Assembly: GCA_012295275.1 (NCBI GenBank)
Contig: CM022677.1
Span: 17,918,001-17,982,000, forward strand
Length of the DNA: 64,000 bases
From: Chrysomallon squamiferum
Lineage: Eukaryota > Animalia > Mollusca
Reading direction: 5' to 3'
Below, one piece after another: positions 41,236 to 62,580 of this stretch (its first letter is position 1; every line of letters begins with the position of its first letter). A program made the position numbers and the translations under genes. The notes beneath the pieces were generated by a model, which worked only from the letters and a program-made list of their open reading frames with translations, did no database searches and was not told where the DNA came from.

Positions 41236-42232
41236 TTTCAAATTTTAACAGTTAAAACATTGATAATTGTTTTTTTTTTTTTTTCCATTTGGAATTCAAT
41301 GACATTCTAAAACATGGTTTCTTATTATTAAAACATTTTATTTGAATTTACCCTAAAATATTTCCTATTTACTCATTGATGAATTTATTTATTTATTATT
41401 ATTTTTTTTTTTTTTCCCCAGAACAAATTTAACATTCAATTTATTATTATTAATTTATATATAAATATAGTCTGAAATAGTTTTCTAGGAATTTTGACAT
41501 TTTTTTAAAATTCTAGATATTGCTTTTTCCCAAACATTTACTGTTGTCAAATTTGTACAGATGATGTTGTCAAAATTTGTCTGTTGTTTGATATTGTCTA
41601 ACTGTAAATTAATTTAAAAGGGTCAAATTACTATTTGTATATTCGTGTGTTTTTGACTCAGTTTCCTTTATTTTTTCGGGGTTTCATCTATCAACGATTG
41701 TACAGAATACATTCCAACCAACCAAATGTTGCAAAAATATTAGACAAGTGACAAAAATATTAGGCAAAAGATTCAAAATGTTAGGGAGGAGAAATATTAA
41801 AACATATGTTGTGGCAAAATATTAGATGAAAGTTTCAAAACATTACAGGCAAAATATATTAATGTGGGTCGTTGTTATAGATTTAGTGGTCAAATCATGG
41901 AATAAGTGACAAATTATTGGGCTTTGGGGAAAAATATTAGCCCGTATTTGAAAACTAAAATTTCTTATTTGTTGAATGCATTCATTTAATGTACATACAA
42001 TCAATTGGATTAATAATGCATTTTATTTATTTATTTATTTATTTTTTTTAAATGTTACTACATTTAGAATTTAGGTATTTTTAATTACCATGTTTCATAT
42101 TAATTTATTATAAAAAAAAAAAAACAGTTCATGTAATTAAATCTGTCTCTACAAAACTTGTTTTTCAATGGGATGTCAACATGGAATGAAAAATAAGAAA
42201 ATTGATAAATCAAAAATTTATCATTTAACATT

Positions 42233-42268
<36 letters not shown>

Positions 42269-42773
42269 TGTATTTATTTTATTTTGTGTGTGTTTTTTTT
42301 TAAATTTTTTTTTTTTTATAATGCTTTATGTTTTTGAAGCAGTTTTACTTGGATAACTAAACTTTGTACAGAACAATTTTCTATTATTTTATATAAATTA
42401 CCCCTGTAACTTATTTCTGTTGATGAATCTGTTTGGTGTCTATCCTACTGAAATAGCCTGCTCCAAGAAAAGCAAGGAATACACAGTCTGTGATTATTTT
42501 CAACATCGACTGTTTTGAAACCATAACAATGAATTGTATGAAATACACAAATTATTGATAACCATTTTTTATCGATGAAATAATTTGTTTTTTTTCTTTC
42601 TTATTTTTCAGTCTTAGCTGAGAATTAATAAAATATGATAATTTGTTATTACGGACAACCACAGATTTAAACATATAACAATGAAAACAATTTTTTTTTT
42701 TTTTTTAATACTTTAGCAATGAATTAATAAAATATGCAAGTAAGAAACTGTAACAATAACAATAGTAGCAGTA

Positions 42774-42823
<50 letters not shown>

Positions 42824-45783
42824 TTAAGTATAAAAAAATAAAATAAATAATAAAAAAATAAAATAAAATAACAAATTTGATATAACTGGTGTGATCCTGC
42901 ACTGAATGGATAAATATACATAATGCCCATTAAGTTGCGTAATATCAAATGTGTATATCCCATAGTTTTTATTAAGTTCACTTGTCGTAAAAATAGTTTT
43001 TAAAAGGTTTGATTTATTCTGCTTCATAAAAACATTCTCTACTCATGTATATATATATATATATATATATATTATTACCATTAAATATTGAATTATTGTA
43101 TCTTGAAGGAGTAGCATATTCAGTACAGAAGTATGAATTATTATTGAATTTTTATTTGAGTGTGTATGGTTCCCCTATCAAGGGTTAGAGATAAAAATAT
43201 AGTAAAAATATTTCTGGACAAAACCTATTTTAATTAATGAAGAAAACGAAAATTATGAAGAGGTTGTGATGATCTAATATTATGCTAAATACATTTTTGT
43301 CATAGATTGATTTTATATATATCTATATCTATCTATCTATCTATATATATAACAAAATATGAAAATTTATATTATAATGTTCACTGTCAACCCTTTAATA
43401 AAAGCTGAACAATAAATGTGCCAACACATATTCATTTACGAAAAGAAAATTAAAATTAAAATAAAAATAAACATGTTTTTCTTCACTGCCATATAGTAGG
43501 GAGAATACGGTATAAAAATAGACTGATTTCAGGACGTGTCAATACAGTGCCTTTATTGTAAGCTTATCAAAACTACGGTGCACAGTCTAAACAAAACCGC
43601 CATGTTTATATCTAATACCCACCTTTTAAAAAGTGAACCAAAAAAAGAAAAAAAAAAAAAAAAAATTTTAAAATCATTTTTCAGTTTTAATGAAAATGTG
43701 AGAAAGAATGGTATAAAGTGGTGATGCATGTTAATAGATGAGAAAATATTAAAAAAAGAACAATGAAAAAAAGAAAAGAATAATACTCCGTTTGTGCTTT
43801 TATTAAAGGGTTTACAGTTTCATTCTTTGATGTAATGTTGCAGTTCTATTCCATAGCTGTTGCATTATTTGGTTGCTATGGTTAACGATAGATGTGAATA
43901 GTTTATGCATTATTTAAATAATATTTTTTACATTTTTGTTCCGGTACATTGCTATGTTAGATCGTTAAAAAAACAAACAAAAAAAACGACATACCATTTG
44001 TTTTACTATCAAGGACAGATAACATTGTATATTTTAATCCTTTTATTTTTTTTATTTTTTCCTTCTTGGTTATGACCCCCTTGTTTTTGTTTTCAAAACC
44101 AAGGCTGTCTTCAGCAGATATTAAAATATGACACCAGCAGTCTGCTTAATTACAAGGGACGTAACCCATCCGACAATGCTTTCATTTGTTTCAGCTTACG
44201 TTGACTACATTTTGTGTGCAATGGACCATTTTGCTCAATACTTTTGTTTACTGCATTTGACGTCATTGTGCAGACGCATCTCATTAGCATAATTAGCACT
44301 TGTAAATAGAAATTGTTCACTTCGATATTATTTGTTTGTTATTTGTAGATGAAAACCTTGTTACTTTATTAAAACTATAGAGATCAAGAGATGTTATTTA
44401 TTGATGTACATTTTTGTTTTTTTTTTTGTTTTTTTTTACATTGAATGTTTTTGTTTTTTTTACATTGAATGTTTTTGTTTTGCTAGTCTTGTAAATTTTA
44501 TTAGATGTATGTATAAATTATTAAATTTTTTTGTTTTTCTCTCTTATATAGTGACTAGATAACACCAAAATAAAACCTTTAAAAGTAATAAAATATAAAT
44601 AAAGAATAAATATTTTATTTTATTTTTTTTATTTTTTTTTATAACAAATAAAGTATCAAATTCTTCAAATTAATATAACCACAGATATAAATAATAAATC
44701 AGCATTTATGAATCAGTGCATTGTTATTTATATATATTCAAAATTTAAGATGAAACCATAAACACAGTTCAGTTTGGATTTGCTTTAATTACTTCATACA
44801 TTACCTATGTGTAATTCAGTTGATCAAAGTATTCAAAAATATAAATATGTATACACAAACACTAAAAATATGAATTATAAATAGCCTTGGTAATTTTCTC
44901 CTATAATCTTAGTAATCAACATATGTATTCAGGTAATTATTTAGATGCAATCAGCATGCAATTTTATTGGGTATCTGTGATGTACATAATTTATTTATAC
45001 CATATGATATATAAATATATTTATAATACATATATATATATATATGTATGTATGAATAGCTTTCTTTTCTTTTCTTTTTTTGTCTTTTTTTCTTTCATCT
45101 GTATCAGCATCTGCACAATGACGTCACAGATTAGTTTGGATTTTAATTAATTGAGAATAGTTAAAAAAAAAAAATTACAAAAAAAAATTAAAAAAATTTA
45201 TCTTCAAGTTATTGTTTCTCGATATTTCAAATAAACGAGTATTTCTCAATATCTTTTGTTTTGTGTTTTAAGTGTTTTGTTTTGATTATACTCTGAAATG
45301 ATTTAGCGTTGCTGAAATAGTACAGTTATCAAAACCATTTATATACAGGGCCTCCAAGGGAAAGTTTGCAAGGCAGGACACAACCCATTTGGGGCCCCGA
45401 GGCAGGCAAACTTGTTTCTCAAATTGAGGTTTTGATGTCAAATAAACCTACATGCAAACTAGGCTTTACAATAATTAACAATAAATACTAATACAAAGAA
45501 GTAAGTATAGTGTGATAGGTGTAGTGATGTTTGTGTGTGTTGGGCTGAGGGTAGTAGAAAGTGTTTGTTCTCGAAGGGTGGGGATGTGGATGATGTATGG
45601 TTGCTGTGGGAACCTTGTTAGCTCTTTGGCCCCTTAACAGAGTATCAGCTGGACCTCCAACCCCTTCTCATAGGACATGTTTATATAGCATGGTTTATGT
45701 GAATAATTTTTTGTGTTACCAAAAAATATAATATTCCATTCCGAAAACGTGTAAATATGTTAATCAAAAAAGATTGACCAGAA

Positions 45784-45910
<127 letters not shown>

Positions 45911-46489
45911 TTTAATTTCATCAAGACCAAAATTAACTAGTGATGTATGTACTATACTGACTGAAATCAAAATCGTAATGGAAAATCTAAAAATCGTTTT
46001 TGCATGTGGCATGACTGTTTGGACCAAAATACTCAGCACAGGGTTTTAATAAATAGTTTAAACGAAATCAATGAATTAATGAATAAAAAGTAACAAAGAC
46101 ATTAATAAAACACAAAGAAAGAATGAAAAGAAATGTAAAGCAACAATTTTTCCATTGAAAAACAACAACAGCAATAACAACTAGTAAATGAAATTAATAC
46201 AGTAAATGATTTTCTTACATGCTTGGTTCATAATTATGGAAATTATATATAACAAACATTATTCAAGACGAAATCATTCTATGATATCAAGCCATGATTG
46301 ACTCGATAGGGGCTAAAACAATTATTTTAACTTATGTAATGGAAGACAAAGCAGTTCGATTCTTCAGATTATTCCTAAGCTTGTTAATACAGAAACAAAT
46401 TATTGTTATTGTTGCTGTTGTTGTTGTTAATCAATCATTACCTTATTTTCGAAATGGTAATCCAATCACAATAAAAGTAATCCTTTACT

Positions 46490-46745
46490 AAACATGGCGC
46501 CAAACGTTTGTGACGTCATAATGTATGACCTTTGACATCGAATTACAGATTACCAGTATATCTAAAAGACTTCAGTTCTGCTGCTTAGTGAACGATCAGT
46601 TTATAATGTAATATTTTATACTTTGATATTATTATTATCACTATTAATTTTATGTATTGTTCCAAAGTTGTCAATGGCGCCAAAACCAATGACCTTTTAC
46701 CTCACGTTTCCGGTAACTTTCAGCAGATGTCGTCTGCGGGTACTA
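46490..46745. promoter_or_regulatory. CpG-enriched promoter-like motif cluster
   Basis: ATGGCGCCAAA twice (about 46494 and 46675, YY1-like), TGACGTCA at 46511, TGACCTTTG, CCAAT, and TTCCGGT (ETS-like). Confidence 0.45.
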
Positions 46746-48779
46746 TTGTCATTCATTTGTTAACTTCATACTTCTGATTTCCTATACAGATTTTTTCTGT
46801 CTTAAAATGCGTCAGTATTATATTAGCAGCATCACTGGTGATAGCAGTATAATTTCTGTATTTCAAAGATGACTTAAAATATGCGGAAGAAAATAATTAC
46901 TATAAAATATTGGTCTGCCACTCCATAGTAGAAAAAGAAAAAAACAACAACAAAAAACATTATAAATTATAATAATAAAAATAACAACCTGAAATTAGTA
47001 AATTTTGGAATTTATTTAGCATAAAACAGCATAATTAATTCTAAATTTCTTCTTTAAATTACTTCAAAATCTCTATCTGACATGCAGATCGTATAAAAAT
47101 CAATAATGAGATGCAAACTGACATGGAATGGGATGCGCCAAAATGCGGTCCCTTCCATGGTTTGAATTTTTTAATCTTTAAACTATAATTTGATTCTTCC
47201 AGCACACACGTATAGACATATGTATATAATAATAATAATAATAATAATAATACAAATCTAATCAATTACAGAATGAAAATTGTCAGAATTCAAAATGTTT
47301 CATACCGTTTGGATGATTTAATCTAAACCAACTTTATTTCCAGCAAGATATTTAAAAAAAAAAAACCCCAAAAACCCCAACAGTTACCTCCAAAAGAAGA
47401 TTGCAACTATTTGTCCATGAAATGTAAATGGCTTTTGTATGTAGTCTTTTTTTTTCTTTCTTTTTTTTCATGCTATTCCTCATATTCTGAAATATGAATC
47501 ATTTTGTTGTCCCATTTTGGAAAAAGGATCATCTGCTTGTACTTACATACATTTTCATTTTTCTCTAAATCTTGCAGATATTATTATCACGCACACACAC
47601 TCAGTGGTATGCTTAAGACAATAATAAGTCAATATCTGTGTAATGCAAAAGACACACACTGACGTACACAATACATAATACTAAGGAACATGTAGATACA
47701 TAAATTTATATAAATATGTACAAAAACATGTTCTTCATTAGTCATTTACAATAAAATTAGCTTGAAAGAAAATCCCTGAATAATTTCTATACCTTGGGTT
47801 TTGTCTGAAAAGACACTGTTGAGACAGAAATGAATAATCTGAATTTAGAAATACATTCTGAACAATTAAAAAAAAGAAGTTATTTTTCAAAATATCTCGT
47901 CAGATTTTTTCATATAGAATGGAGGTAGCTTATCTTAAAAATGGCACATAACTAATCTGTTTCCATAAATGGTATGTACAGACACTGTGACTAAATGAGA
48001 TTTTCTGTCTGTGTGCAAAAGTTGTTTCCCTTTTTTAAAAGAAACCATAAAAATTAAAGATTTTAAAAATTTTAATTTTTTTTTTGAGATTCAACATCTT
48101 ACCCAACATCTAAATTATTAACGACTGGTCCACTATGTAATTTTTTTATCAATGTATTCTTTAAAATGCTGATTGAATCAAATTAAACTGTCAGACATTC
48201 CAGGAATAGTCAAAATACACAGTTGCCTAATGACTTTAAAAAAAAATTACTATAATACTATTTTATTTGTAAAGAATTACAGGTTATAAAGGGAATATTC
48301 AGTAATTTCTGTATAAATAAATAATTCATAAAGGAAAAAAAAAAGATATTAATAAAAAATAAATAATAGTAATAATAACAAAAACTGACATACGTACAGA
48401 TCATGTATATTGCACATTCATTAAAATTTGAAAACAGTTCAGCTTTTTATGAAAAAACTGCCTACACCTATAAATATGAGTAACAAAATTACACACTTCT
48501 TTGGTGAGTAAGAAGCAAATATTTCACACTGGTTAGAATTAGCTAAAATTCAGCATTTCCTGCATAAACCATCTTTAAAAATAGGAAATAAAAGAAAACT
48601 TTACATTTTATACATCTTATGTACAGGGCTGATTTTTTATTTATTTTATATTCATGAAAAATAAATAGGAAGAAAATTATTTTGTAAAATTAGTACGAGT
48701 ATCTATCTAATAAATGAAAGCATCTGCAGAATTTTTGTGGTTTCCTGGAACTGGATGTTTGTTTTAGAGGTCCATGAAA

Positions 48780-49505
48780 TATAATAAAAGTTGTCCCAAA
48801 ATTACTATTACTCTTTTTATTGGTGTTGTGTTTGTTGTTGTAATTCTTTTTTTTCATCTTCTGTATCTTGTTCTTCATCTTCTTTTTCTTCTTCATATTC
48901 ATTTATTTATTTATTTTGTTTGATTTTAATATTTTTAATTTCTTTAAAAGATAAATAATTCTTTGTGTTGGGACCATGCCTATTTTTTTCTTTCTTATTT
49001 TTTTGTTATTATAATTCTTTTTTTTTTCTTCTTCTATGTCTTGTTCTTGTTTTTCTTCTTCTTCTTATTATTTTGGCTGATTTTTATGTTTTTAACTTCA
49101 TTAAAGATAAATAATTTTCCATGTGGTTGTTTTTGTTGTAATTCTTCTTTTTCGTTCTTCTGTGTCTTGTTCTTAATTTTCTTCTTATTTATTTATTTTG
49201 TTTGATTTTTTATGTTCTGAATTTCTTTAACAGATAAATAATTCATTCATGTTGGGACTCTGCCTATTATTTTTTTTCTTCTTTTTATGGTTGTTGTTGC
49301 TGTAATTCTTCTTTTTCTGCTTCTGTCATGTTCTTCATTTTCTTCTTATTTATTTATTTTCTTTGATTTTTTATCTTTTGAATTTCTTTAACAGATAAAT
49401 AATTCATTCATGTTGCAACTCTACCTATTATTCTTTTTGTTGCTGTTGTTATTTTCTTTGATTTTTTTTAATGTTTTTAATGTCATTAACAGATAAACAA
49501 TTCTT
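48780..49505. repeat. Degenerate tandem repeat, unit about 140-160 bp, directly 3' of the GTF2E2 stop
   Basis: Recurrent tttaa(c/a)agataaataatt and gttgtaattcttcttt blocks. Confidence 0.8.
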
Positions 49506-49526
49506 CATTTACGGACACAGCTAATG

Positions 49527-54328
<4,802 letters not shown>

Positions 54329-55454
54329 TATGATATCTAACTAAGAAAAAAAAAAACCTGAAGTTTTACATTAATTAAGTAAAAACAATTAATTAATTAG
54401 CAATAAAATAAATTTGTACTTAATGTATAATGGAATTTTAATTAATCAGTTAGGGCACTGACAGTTATTATTATTATTATTATATTTACTTATTATTATT
54501 ATTATTAATTGATTTACTGATTTATTTTTTATAATAATCATTATAATGTCATTACATATAAATTATAATATTAAGATACATTAATAACACAAAAAAGTGG
54601 TCTTATTATTGTTCTTTTGATAAACATAGTAAAATAATTTGCAATCAGAAATGTCTGTGGAGATTTAGACATCTTACTACTTTTACTGTTAAGCTTGTTT
54701 GCGATTTTGAAAAAATCAGTCAATTTTAAATAATGTAAAAATATGAAAAATGAAACAATATTTTTTAAATTATTATTACTATTATATATATATTTTAGTG
54801 ATAGAACAAGTATTAAAGATTCAGTAATAAGCGCAAAATAAATATATTATAATTATAATAATTTCAAAAGAATGGGTTTTCCACGGAAATACCGTGTTTT
54901 TGTATACATATTATAAATAAAGTGTTTTATAGAAGACCTGTTATACATTGTACACCTTTAAACATCAAAGCATGCAGGATTTTATTTCTTTTGACGATAG
55001 TATTTTGAATTACCAACCTGACCAACCGATAAGTTCTTTTTATCTTTCAGAACGCTTCAGTATTTTCCATTATTTCCATATTTCGTTTCTGTTCTTTTTC
55101 TCAAGTGAAGGATATCAAGGGAGCTAATCTATGTAAACGTTTAGCAGTTTTGTACCTTTGTGAATATGCCCCTAATAAACATGTACCGGATCAACTGGTT
55201 TTCTTTCGGAAAACATAAATACTAGTGTTTACTAATCAGAAGAGTGAGTACCAGCACAATCATAGTTCAGGCATAAGGAAAGACACACATTATGGAAACA
55301 AACAAACAAATTCACGGTAAAGTTAACATTCACTCGTTAATTACCATTCTTTCAATTTCTTTTCGGTACTACTACTACTACTACTACTAATAATAATAAT
55401 AATTTAAATTATTTATATTCTCGTTTGTTATTGCTAATTAAGTCATTAAAATGA

Positions 55455-55495
<41 letters not shown>

Positions 55496-55601
55496 TAACT
55501 ACTGTTAAAATTTTACTACTACTACTACTATTACTACTATAACTACTGGTTCAGTATATGCATTCTTTGCATTTTCATTTGACATAGAGAATAAAAACTA
55601 C

Positions 55602-55653
<52 letters not shown>

Positions 55654-55839
55654 GTAACTGACCACTGTTACTATTGTTTGTTTATTTTTGTTTCTTATAT
55701 ACATTATTACTAATTATAGTATAGCTATCACCTTGCTGCTATTGCCACTGCTACTACTACATGTATCACTATTACTATTACTACTACTACTATTACTATT
55801 ACAACTAGTACTACTACTACTACTGCTATAGCTTTTACC

Positions 55840-55883
<44 letters not shown>

Positions 55884-55933
55884 CAAAATAAAACAAACAA
55901 AACATCGATTATAAACATTATAATATATTTATT

Positions 55934-55982
<49 letters not shown>

Positions 55983-56098
55983 CCACTGGCGCACGAACAC
56001 GAGAATCAGCAAGCGTTTAGTCATCATTTATTCTATGTATCATTTTCTGGAAAGAAATAAAAACATACATTTTAATGATTTCCATTAAAAAAAAAAAA

Positions 56099-56130
<32 letters not shown>

Positions 56131-56841
56131 AAGAAAACTAAGAAAGAAAGAAAAAAGAATAAATAAATAAATAAATAAATAAAACAAAATAAAATTAAAA
56201 TAAAATAAAATAAAATAAAATAAATAAATCAATAAGTAAATACGACCGACATGCAGCTCGACAGACAGTCATATAGAAAGACAGACAGAACGAAAAACAG
56301 ACAGAGATATATAAAGTTATAGATATAGAGATAAGTTATGGTGAGATAGAAAAATAGACAGACAGTAATGCAGAGAGATAGATACACCTATAGATAGATA
56401 CAGACTTACATACAGATAGATAGTTAGCTATGTACAGATATAGTTAAACAGAGTGAAAAATCTAAATATAGGAAGCACTGAAATATACAAATATGTATAA
56501 ATGTAGGTATAGAATATGAGTGTGCGGAACTCAAACTTACCGAAACGAATTGGAAAGAAAATTTTATGTTCTTTTATTTCGAAAAAAAAAGAACATAAGA
56601 CAGAGAGACAGACAGGTGGATAGATAGGTAGATAGATAGATAGATAGACAGATAGATAGATAGAAAGATAGATAGATGCATACATAGACATCGATGTATC
56701 TAATTACATATAAATTTACATAAATAGCTAGGTAGGTAAATAGACAGATCGATAATAGAGATGAATCTAATATAGAGATAGTCAGGCAGACAGGTGGGTG
56801 ATTAGAGAGACAGATAGATAGATAATCTAATTCAGGACTTG

Positions 56842-58648
<1,807 letters not shown>

Positions 58649-58890
58649 CTGCAGGAAACAGACCCACAGATAATTAAAAACTATCACAAGTCGGAGGCAT
58701 GATCTACTAATCATCTTTAAAAAAAAAAAAAAATAAAAAAAATAAAAAAAAAAAAAAAAAAAAATAGAATAAAATAGAATAAAATAAAGAAAGAAAGAAA
58801 AACAAAGAAACAGACAAATAAATAAATAAATAGACACACAGAGATAAATACAGAGATAGATAGATAAATACAGATAAATAAATTGATCAA

Positions 58891-58967
<77 letters not shown>

Positions 58968-59536
58968 CAACGAAAGCAAAGGCAGACAGCTTTATATCGG
59001 AATCATTCATTATGACGTCATAACCAATTTTTGACGTATTACTTAACAACGTAAACACTTTTTTTATCTTACCTTTTTTTAAATTAAAGAATGATTTTCC
59101 GCTGTTTCTACTGCTGGCTTAGTAACATACGGACAATAATGATGACCTAGCTGTATGTCACGAACCGGTTAATTAAAAATCCCGTGATGAAGAACTAACG
59201 AATGACAGCTGTTGCATTGTTTTTTTTTTCTCGTTTTTTTTTTTCTAGCCACATTCGAAGTGGTAACTGGTTTAAAAAACATTTGCAAGTGATTGAAGAA
59301 ATTTATAATGCTTTGGCCACCAGGTTCATTTCCACGAATTTTGACATGTGTCTGCATTTATTTAGTTATTTTTTGCCAGCCGGGTTCAGAATTTGAGACG
59401 TGAGAATGAGAGAGATAGTCAGTCGAAACCATTAATTATGGTTTCAATGAGTAGGGTACATTTCATAATTTCCATGTGACTTGATATGTGATAGCATTTT
59501 GTATACACGTAATGATTTTACTCTGTCAAAATTTAT

Positions 59537-59674
<138 letters not shown>

Positions 59675-60105
59675 AGGTTCAATTAATTTTTATTGTGCAT
59701 GTTATTAAAAGAATTAAGCATTTTAAGAGAAATAAACTTGTCACGAAAATAGGCGTCAAAATTATTATTATTATCATCATCATTATTATCATTATAATTA
59801 TCATTATTTTCTTGATTTTCTTCATCTTTATATCCATATTACGTTGTTTAGGTTGTTCACCGTCGCATCAGCCTTCACGTATTGTATCTTTTCGTACCCA
59901 ATGTCATGGCTGTTGTTGTATATATGCATGTGTTTGCGTTTGCGTGTATAAATGTTGATAGATAGAGAGACAGGGAGAGAGACAGAGAAAGAGAGAGGAA
60001 TGCACATACATCAGAAACAAAGATGTATATATAAGAATGTGTTTACAGGCGAGTATATATCTTGATCATATGTGGTGTGTGTGTTTATACAGAATGATAC
60101 ATGTC

Positions 60106-60145
<40 letters not shown>

Positions 60146-60200
60146 ATATATTTGTTAAAATTAGTAAGAACAAGTTAATATCTGTATAATACAAGAGAAT

Positions 60201-60265
<65 letters not shown>

Positions 60266-61049
60266 TATGAATTCAATTTGTTCTTCGTTAATTATTAACA
60301 AGAAAATTAGTGTGAAAAATGTTTTTAAACCATAAACCGTTTGTTCATGGCTGGTAGGTTTTTATGTAAATAAAAACAATAAACGGTCCTGGAACAAAGA
60401 CCAAGCTTTACGGGTTCAGGTTTCCATTTACATCTTGCATTTTAACTGCCGATTAACAAATAATCAAAGCCGTTGAACCGTCACAGTTGAGTTTTATCAG
60501 AATCAGTCAACTGTATCGCACTGATGATCGACAAAAATATCTTGTTTGATGAACTCACACAATTATACACGTTTGTCACGTGATTTTATTCAAAGGAAAG
60601 TCATCTAAATTCAGTTGACTATTGACGTCACACTAGCTAAATAATGTAACGAATATTAACGCAAATCTCCCCAAAACAACCCAGCAACAACAATAATAAT
60701 AATTATTTAAAATGAAATCCTGAAGAAATATTTTCGAAGCTGTTATATGAAATTTAAACATGTTTCGTATTTTGATTTAGTTCTCATTTAGTAGCAGTGA
60801 TACTACTAGTACTTCTAGTACAACAACAACAACAACAACTACTACTACTACTTCTTCTAGTACTACTACTGTTACTATTACTATAACCACTACTATTACT
60901 GATAATAATAATAATAATAATAAAACAATTCTCATCCCATGTATACATTTTTATTTCGCTCCGAAAGTTATACATATCATTACATATACATACATATATA
61001 TATATATATATTACAACATAAGTTAATACATGTGCAGTGCAAGAGAAGA

Positions 61050-61083
<34 letters not shown>

Positions 61084-61374
61084 TAGAGAGATACACACCA
61101 AAATACATTTGTCCACATGTATACATTTATATCATGTACAAAACGTGTTCTTCATAAATCATTCAGTGTGTTGATGTCAGACGTGATTTTATGTAAATAA
61201 AACAATAAATAGCCAGAGAACAAAGACCTCGGTCTGCGGGATCATATTTGCACTGAAAACAGGTTTCTAACTACTAATGAATAAATAATCACAATCGTTC
61301 AGTCGTTACAGCTGAGTCATCTGTGACGCATTGTTAATTCACTGTGTAAATCTACCATTAAAATATATATGTGC

Positions 61375-61464
<90 letters not shown>

Positions 61465-62179
61465 TATTAAAATGCTCATACTAAAGGAATCATCTATATA
61501 CAATCACACAGTAATACATCGACTTTTTTTAAATTCACATAATTACTGACGTCACACTAACTAAATAAATATGATGAATGTTGATGCCACACGATCCACT
61601 TATTGTTGAATGCTGATGCAAAAAAACAATTGTCACTGAATGTTTTTGGAATGATGATGTCACAGAAGATAACAACGTAATTAAATAGTGATCGCTAGGA
61701 TCCAGTATACTTGCATGTTGACGTCATAAGAACGTAATATCGTTGAATGTTGATGTAACAAGAACAAATTTTCGTTGAAAATCGATGCCATAATAAACAC
61801 CTACAGTTAAACGTTGATCGGTAGGACCAGCTATAGTTGAGTGTTGATGTCATGAAAATGTCATGTCGCAAAACGTTAATCATTAGAACCGATTATCGTT
61901 GAATGACGATCGCCAGGACCAAATATCGTTGAATATCGATGTTAGAAGAAGGAACTGTCGTTGAATGTTGGTATCGTAAGAATCAGTTATTTTTTAATGT
62001 TGATAGTCCGGACCAGTTATAGCTGAATAATACAGTTGATGTTACAGTTGATGTTATAGAGAGCAGGTACAGTCAAATATTGATAGCTAGGACTAATAAT
62101 CGTTTAATATTCCTGTCCCAGGAATCGTCGTTGAATGTTGATGTCAGAACAACTACTAGTTGTTCATTCCAATCCTTGC

Positions 62180-62580
62180 ACAGTGTTATTGGTGTTGTGT
62201 CGATATGACGTAAGAGTTTTTGGTGTTGAGTCGATATGACGTAAGAGTTTTTGGTGTTGAGTCGATATGACGTAAGAGTTATTGGTGTTGAGTTGATGTG
62301 ACGTAGTTATAGCTGTTGTGTCTATATGACGTAGAATTATTGGTGCTGAGTCGATGTGACGTATATTGATGTTAGATTTTGAATTATTGATATTAGATGT
62401 TGAATTATTCATGTTAGATGATGAATTATTGATGTTAGGTGTTGAACTGTTGATGTTAGATTTTGAATTGTTGATGTTAAATGTTGAATTATTGATGTTA
62501 GATGATGAATTATTCGTGTTAGGTCTTGGACTATTGGTGCCAGATGTTAAATGTCTGATGTCACATGTTGGATTATTGAT
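62180..62580. repeat. Adjacent minisatellites (about 30 bp ggtgttgagtcgatatgacgtaagagttt; 21 bp gaattattgatgttagatttt) directly 3' of the GPCR
   Basis: Tandem units are directly visible. Confidence 0.9.

Noticed and set aside
59073-59150. Exon-like segment with an AG|gtaaga donor as the coding first exon of the EF-hand gene
   Set aside because: All three frames contain stops before the donor, so it is at most 5' UTR.
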